Below are positions 59,867 to 64,000 of a DNA stretch of 64,000 nt, piece by piece (the stretch's first letter is position 1; the number at the start of each line of letters is the position of its first letter). The translations under genes were made by a program, and so were the position numbers. The stretch is from positions 24,012-88,011 of the forward strand of contig SUUM01000003.1 in the NCBI GenBank assembly GCA_015062525.1, read 5' to 3'. The notes under the pieces were generated by a model, which saw nothing but the letters and a program-made list of their open reading frames with translations, had not been told where the DNA came from and searched no databases. This DNA is from Alphaproteobacteria bacterium (GTDB lineage Bacteria; Pseudomonadota; Alphaproteobacteria; Rs-D84).

Positions 59867-62170
59867 ATGAAATGGACTTATGATTGGTTAATGGAATATT
59901 TAAAAACGGACGCATCCGCATCTGCAATTGCCGACACCCTGACACAAATAGGGCTAGAAGTGGAAGACCTGCAATCCCCAATTTCCCCAATTGCGGCGCG
60001 TATTGTAGAGTGCAAACCACATGAAAACAGCGACCACCTGCATGTATTAATGGTGAACGATGGCACCAACACCCTGCGTCAGGTTGTCTGTGGCGCACCA
60101 AATGCACGCGTGGGCTTGATATCTGCGTTGGCGGTACCAGGCTGTGTCATTGGTGGCATGGAAATCAAATCTGGTAAATTGCGTGGTGTGTTGTCAGACG
60201 GTATGATGTGTTCTGCGCGCGAATTGGGCATTGGCGACGACCACAGTGGTATTATCGAATTACCTGCCGACACAAAAATCGGTTCGCCTGTGATTGATGC
60301 GAAAACAGTCTTTGATGCGGGCATTACACCAAACCGTCCTGATTACCTGTCGGTACGCGGTGTTGCGCGTGATTTATCTGCATCTGGCATTGGTGAATAT
60401 ATTGCACCAACTGATAAAGAATTTGAACCAGTTGCGGGCACACGTTGTGTTAAACTGGAAACACCAAAGTGCCGTGCATATAAAATGATTGAAATTCATG
60501 GTGTAAATATTGCGCCAAGTGACAAGAAAATAGCATCGCGCCTGGCGGCAATTGGAATAAATCCGAAAAATGCAGCGGTCGATGCAACGAACTATATCTG
60601 TTATGACATGGCGCAACCCATGCATTGTTTTGACGCAGACGAAATCAACGGTGATATTGTTGTTCGCGATGCGCGCGCTGGCGAAAAATTCACAGACCTG
60701 TTCGGAAACGAACACGAACTGACCGAAAATGATATGGTTATTGCGGACGCATCTGGCGTATTGGCGTTGGCGGGTGTGATTGGTGGCGCGCGCGGGTCTA
60801 CAACGGAAAAAACAAAAAATATTATTCTGGAATCTGCATACTTTGACCCGGTATCTGTCCGTAAATCTGCGAAAAGATTGGGCATATCGACCGACGCGTC
60901 ATACCGTTATGAACGCGGCATTGATCCAACTATAACAGGTGTGGCCGCCATGCGCGCAGCGGATATTATAATGGATGCATGTGGTGGCAAGATTGTATGT
61001 GCGTACGCGGCGGGTACAGACGTGGCACCAGATGTAAAAATCAAATACACCCCGTCTTATTTTAAGAAAAAGACCGGCTTTGATATTGATGCGGATACCC
61101 AGGCTGAAATTTTGACACGCTTGGGGTATAAAATAAAAATATCGGGTGATGATTGGACATTAACGCCACCACCGGCGCGTGTAGATGTTCAAATCCCAGA
61201 AACTGTTGTTGCGGATTTATTGCGTATCTATGGGTATGAAAAAATCGCAACATCGTCTGCGCATACGATTGGCGATGCGCGCCCACATGACACGCATGAA
61301 ATGGAAATCAAAACATTATTAGCATCGCGCGGATTAAACGAATGTCGTTCATTTGGATTCGGAAATTTATCAACAGAACAGTTATTATCGGACAAACCAA
61401 ACGTAAAAATTGCGAACCCAATCACATCGGACTATGATACGATGCGAAATGGTCTGTTGTGTGGTTTGTTGACGGCGGTGTCTAATAATGAAAAGCGTGG
61501 CTATGCGAATTTGAACCTGTTTGAATTGGGGACGGTATTTGACGGTGATATGCCGGGAAATCAGCATACGTCCTTGTGCATTGTTCGCACCGGCGCGACA
61601 TCACCAAAACATTGGACTGGGCGCAATCGTAATGTTGATGTCTATGATATCAAATCGGATTTGATTGCGTTGATGGGCGGACAAAAATTCACCGTATCAA
61701 CCGACAATGCACCGCGCTGGGCACATCCATATCGATATGCCGCATTGATGCAGGGAAAAAAGTGTATTGCAGAATTTGGCGAATTACATCCGTCGGTTGC
61801 AAAAAAACTGCGTATAAAAACAAACACAGTTGTTGCGATTGTGGACGATATTAAAAACCTGCCCGCGCGTCGTCGTGGCACGGCACCAATATTGTCTGAT
61901 TTTCAGCCGATAACGCGTGATTTTGCGTTTATTGTGGACGCGGATACAATGGCGGAAAAATTAACCACCACCGCACGTGCGACTGACAATCGTATAACGG
62001 ACGTTGTTGTATTTGACGCGTTTGATATGGCGGACGGTAAGAAATCAATTGCATTTACAATCACGATTCAGCCAACTGAAAACATGTCTGACACAGATTT
62101 GATGGCGTTGCAAAATGCTGTGATTGGTGCGGTTGAAAAAAAGTGTAATGCACAAATCCGTGATAAATAA
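59867..62170 (+). CDS. pheT: Phenylalanine--tRNA ligase beta subunit
   Basis: 767 aa. N-terminal tRNA-binding OB fold, B3/B4 domain, and a C-terminal FDX-ACB domain. Terminator at 62178-62206. Confidence 0.9.
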   Translation: MKWTYDWLMEYLKTDASASAIADTLTQIGLEVEDLQSPISPIAARIVECKPHENSDHLHVLMVNDGTNTLRQVVCGAPNARVGLISALAVPGCVIGGMEIKSGKLRGVLSDGMMCSARELGIGDDHSGIIELPADTKIGSPVIDAKTVFDAGITPNRPDYLSVRGVARDLSASGIGEYIAPTDKEFEPVAGTRCVKLETPKCRAYKMIEIHGVNIAPSDKKIASRLAAIGINPKNAAVDATNYICYDMAQPMHCFDADEINGDIVVRDARAGEKFTDLFGNEHELTENDMVIADASGVLALAGVIGGARGSTTEKTKNIILESAYFDPVSVRKSAKRLGISTDASYRYERGIDPTITGVAAMRAADIIMDACGGKIVCAYAAGTDVAPDVKIKYTPSYFKKKTGFDIDADTQAEILTRLGYKIKISGDDWTLTPPPARVDVQIPETVVADLLRIYGYEKIATSSAHTIGDARPHDTHEMEIKTLLASRGLNECRSFGFGNLSTEQLLSDKPNVKIANPITSDYDTMRNGLLCGLLTAVSNNEKRGYANLNLFELGTVFDGDMPGNQHTSLCIVRTGATSPKHWTGRNRNVDVYDIKSDLIALMGGQKFTVSTDNAPRWAHPYRYAALMQGKKCIAEFGELHPSVAKKLRIKTNTVVAIVDDIKNLPARRRGTAPILSDFQPITRDFAFIVDADTMAEKLTTTARATDNRITDVVVFDAFDMADGKKSIAFTITIQPTENMSDTDLMALQNAVIGAVEKKCNAQIRDK

Positions 62171-62203
62171 TACTGAAAAAAAAACCGGCAATTGCCGGTT
62201 TTT

Positions 62204-62842
62204 TTATTTGTTTGGAATAATTTTTATTTCTACGCGACGATTCTGGGCGCGACCAGTTGCGTTTGAATTAGACGCAATTGGATTAGACGACCCCAGCCCC
62301 AGCACCTCGAAACGTGATGATTTAACGCCCTGACCCTGTAAATAAGACGCAACGGATGACGCACGTTCACGCGACAGGTTCAGGTTGTAATCGGCGCTGC
62401 CCGTGCTGTCGGTATGACCGGACACCATAACCGTTGAATTTGAATATTTATTCAAAACCTTGGCAACCGAGTTCAATACCGGATAGAAAGACGAATTAAT
62501 ATCCGCAGAATCTGTCTTGAAAGTAATATTGCCCGGCATAATCAAGCGAATGCTGTCATCATCTTCGATAACCTGGACACCGGTGGACACCAGTTCAGCG
62601 CGCAGTTCTGCCGCCTGGGCATCCAGATAATAACCAACACCACCACCGACGGCCGCCCCAGCAAGTCCGCCAACCAATGCGCCGGTACTGCTTTGTGTGG
62701 AACCAATCAGTGCCCCGGTCGCCGCGCCAATTGCGGTTCCCCATGTAGATTTAGACGTCTGAGTCTGACCTGTATATGGATTTACGGTTGTACACCCCGC
62801 CACCAAGGCCAAGACAGCCAATATAGATACTGTTTTTTTCAT
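62204..62842 (-). CDS. OmpA-family peptidoglycan-binding lipoprotein with an N-terminal glycine-zipper region
   Basis: Lipobox LALVAGCTT. Gly-zipper (GAATGALIGSTQ…GGLAGAAVGGGVGYY). C-terminal OmpA domain (…VSGHTDSTGSADYNLNLSRERA…RRVEIKI). Start at the ATG at 62842 with an AAAGGGG RBS. Confidence 0.85.
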   Translation of the reverse strand: MKKTVSILAVLALVAGCTTVNPYTGQTQTSKSTWGTAIGAATGALIGSTQSSTGALVGGLAGAAVGGGVGYYLDAQAAELRAELVSTGVQVIEDDDSIRLIMPGNITFKTDSADINSSFYPVLNSVAKVLNKYSNSTVMVSGHTDSTGSADYNLNLSRERASSVASYLQGQGVKSSRFEVLGLGSSNPIASNSNATGRAQNRRVEIKIIPNK

Positions 62843-62955
62843 ATTTTCCCCTTTTGTGATAATTAATCGACACAAACATTCTATACTATATTTTTCAGAA
62901 ATACAAAAACAAAAGAAAGAAAATAAAAAAACCGACAAAATGTCGGTTTAATTTC

Positions 62956-63032
62956 TGGTGGGTGTTGAGGGACTCAAACCCCCGACCCTCTCGGTGTAAA
63001 CGAGATGCTCTAATCAACTGAGCTAAACACCC
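62956..63032 (-). tRNA. tRNA-Val (anticodon UAC)
   Basis: 77-nt cloverleaf: GGGTGTT acceptor stem, anticodon loop TTTACAC, T-loop TTTGAGT, discriminator A and encoded CCA. Confidence 0.8.
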
Positions 63033-63070
63033 AAAGCCTTAATAGCGGACGAATGATATAACATATTTTC

Positions 63071-63805
63071 TTATTTGTCCAGTATTTTTTTGCCGTCCCG
63101 CACATTAAACGTTTCGGAACCAACATTTATACGGCCCGCATCATACGTTGGGGCAACCTGATGTTTCGTTGCGCTGCGCCATAAAACCGTGCCATCCTTT
63201 AACGATATGGCGTATAAATTATCGTCCGTCGCAACAACAAATGCATATTTGTCCGCAATAACAAATGGCATGGCGGATGCAATATTTACACACCAATTTT
63301 TCGCGCCCGACGTGGCATTCACACGACAAAACGCATCGCCCAGCCCCGCCACATACACGGAATTTTCGTATGGCACAATTGGCGCAATAATATCAACCAC
63401 AGATGCGCCACCGGTCATATTACTGGCACGATAAATGTCCGCAATCCACATAATCTGACGATTCTTTGGGTTTATTTTAACCAATTCGCCGGTTGACAGC
63501 CCCGCATAGACATATTTACCACTGCAAACCGGTTTTGGTTTTGCCGAAACAGTATTATTTGTTGGGAAACCGCTGAAAATTTTACGCGTCCCGTCCCAGA
63601 CAACATTGTTCGAATCCTGGGTATATGTACATTTTGTATTGTCGAATGTATAAGCGTTTTGTGGAATATCTGTGATTTCTTGGTTTTGCACATTAATAGT
63701 ATCCGTGTCAAATATCGGTGTGCGCACCCCCGGCAAAATAGGGTCATGTTTATCACACGCCACAACCAAGAACAAACAACATAAAATCACATAAATCCGA
63801 CGCAT
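63071..63805 (-). CDS. BamB-like PQQ-repeat beta-propeller lipoprotein (short)
   Basis: Lipobox LFLVVACDKH. PQQ-type repeats (…YAISLKDGTVLWR…). Lies downstream of a YfgM-like TPR gene, as in the yfgM-bamB pairing. Confidence 0.55.
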   Translation of the reverse strand: MRRIYVILCCLFLVVACDKHDPILPGVRTPIFDTDTINVQNQEITDIPQNAYTFDNTKCTYTQDSNNVVWDGTRKIFSGFPTNNTVSAKPKPVCSGKYVYAGLSTGELVKINPKNRQIMWIADIYRASNMTGGASVVDIIAPIVPYENSVYVAGLGDAFCRVNATSGAKNWCVNIASAMPFVIADKYAFVVATDDNLYAISLKDGTVLWRSATKHQVAPTYDAGRINVGSETFNVRDGKKILDK

Positions 63806-63819
63806 TTCACACCCCATTA

Positions 63820-64000
63820 ACGCAAAGATGCCGCGGTTGCCGCGATTGTTGATGGTGTGTTCTTATCGGCAATCAAATCATCCAAGATTTTATTCGCCGC
63901 CGCCGTATCGCCAGATGTTAAATATTTCTGGGCCAATGTTATGCGCGCCGTATAATAAAATGGGGAACTTTTAGAATCCATACCCGACAGATATTTTTTC
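63820..64000 (-). CDS. YfgM-like TPR protein, C-terminal fragment (gene begins beyond the window end)
   Basis: Open frame to the window edge, ending …ARITLAQKYLTSGDTAAANKILDDLIADKNTPSTIAATAASLR*. Confidence 0.4.

Overview
This 64-kb window looks like a moderately AT-rich alphaproteobacterial chromosome segment, with the gene content and repeat landscape of a host-associated or obligate intracellular lineage (Rickettsiales/Holosporales-like). That taxonomic call is inference from gene content only.

The core genes are housekeeping. They include lolE, aspS, uvrB, tsaE, ung, gyrB, lptC-like/lptB, lpxC/lpxK, ychF, dnaG, topA, rodA/mrdA/mreD/mreC, rpmI/rplT/pheS/pheT, ftsQ/ftsA, rpe, carD, and an OmpA lipoprotein followed by a BamB-like gene (with a partial YfgM-like gene at the window edge). 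There are four tRNAs: Glu(CUC), Gln(UUG), initiator fMet and Val(UAC).

The accessory content is the more interesting part:
- A four-gene GspE/GspF-type ATPase-platform operon (type IVb-pilus/T2SS-like) with no pilin or prepilin peptidase, and a secretin-like lipoprotein located about 29 kb away.
- A virB3-virB4 type IV secretion fragment 2.6 kb from a tRNA-fMet that carries att-like duplications of its 3' end. An array of TTTTCAACAA iterons lies upstream of virB3.
- A 115-bp tandem array beside tRNA-Glu, each unit carrying a truncated copy of the tRNA-Glu 3' end.
- An AT-rich island between a roughly 1000-aa Pmp-repeat autotransporter and tRNA-Gln, holding a class II Fic protein, a GIY-YIG mini-nuclease and secreted/membrane hypothetical proteins.
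- Several families of palindromic dispersed repeats, some inserted in frame into a CDS and one pair flanking a second GIY-YIG gene.
- An in-frame ftsA-rpe fusion.
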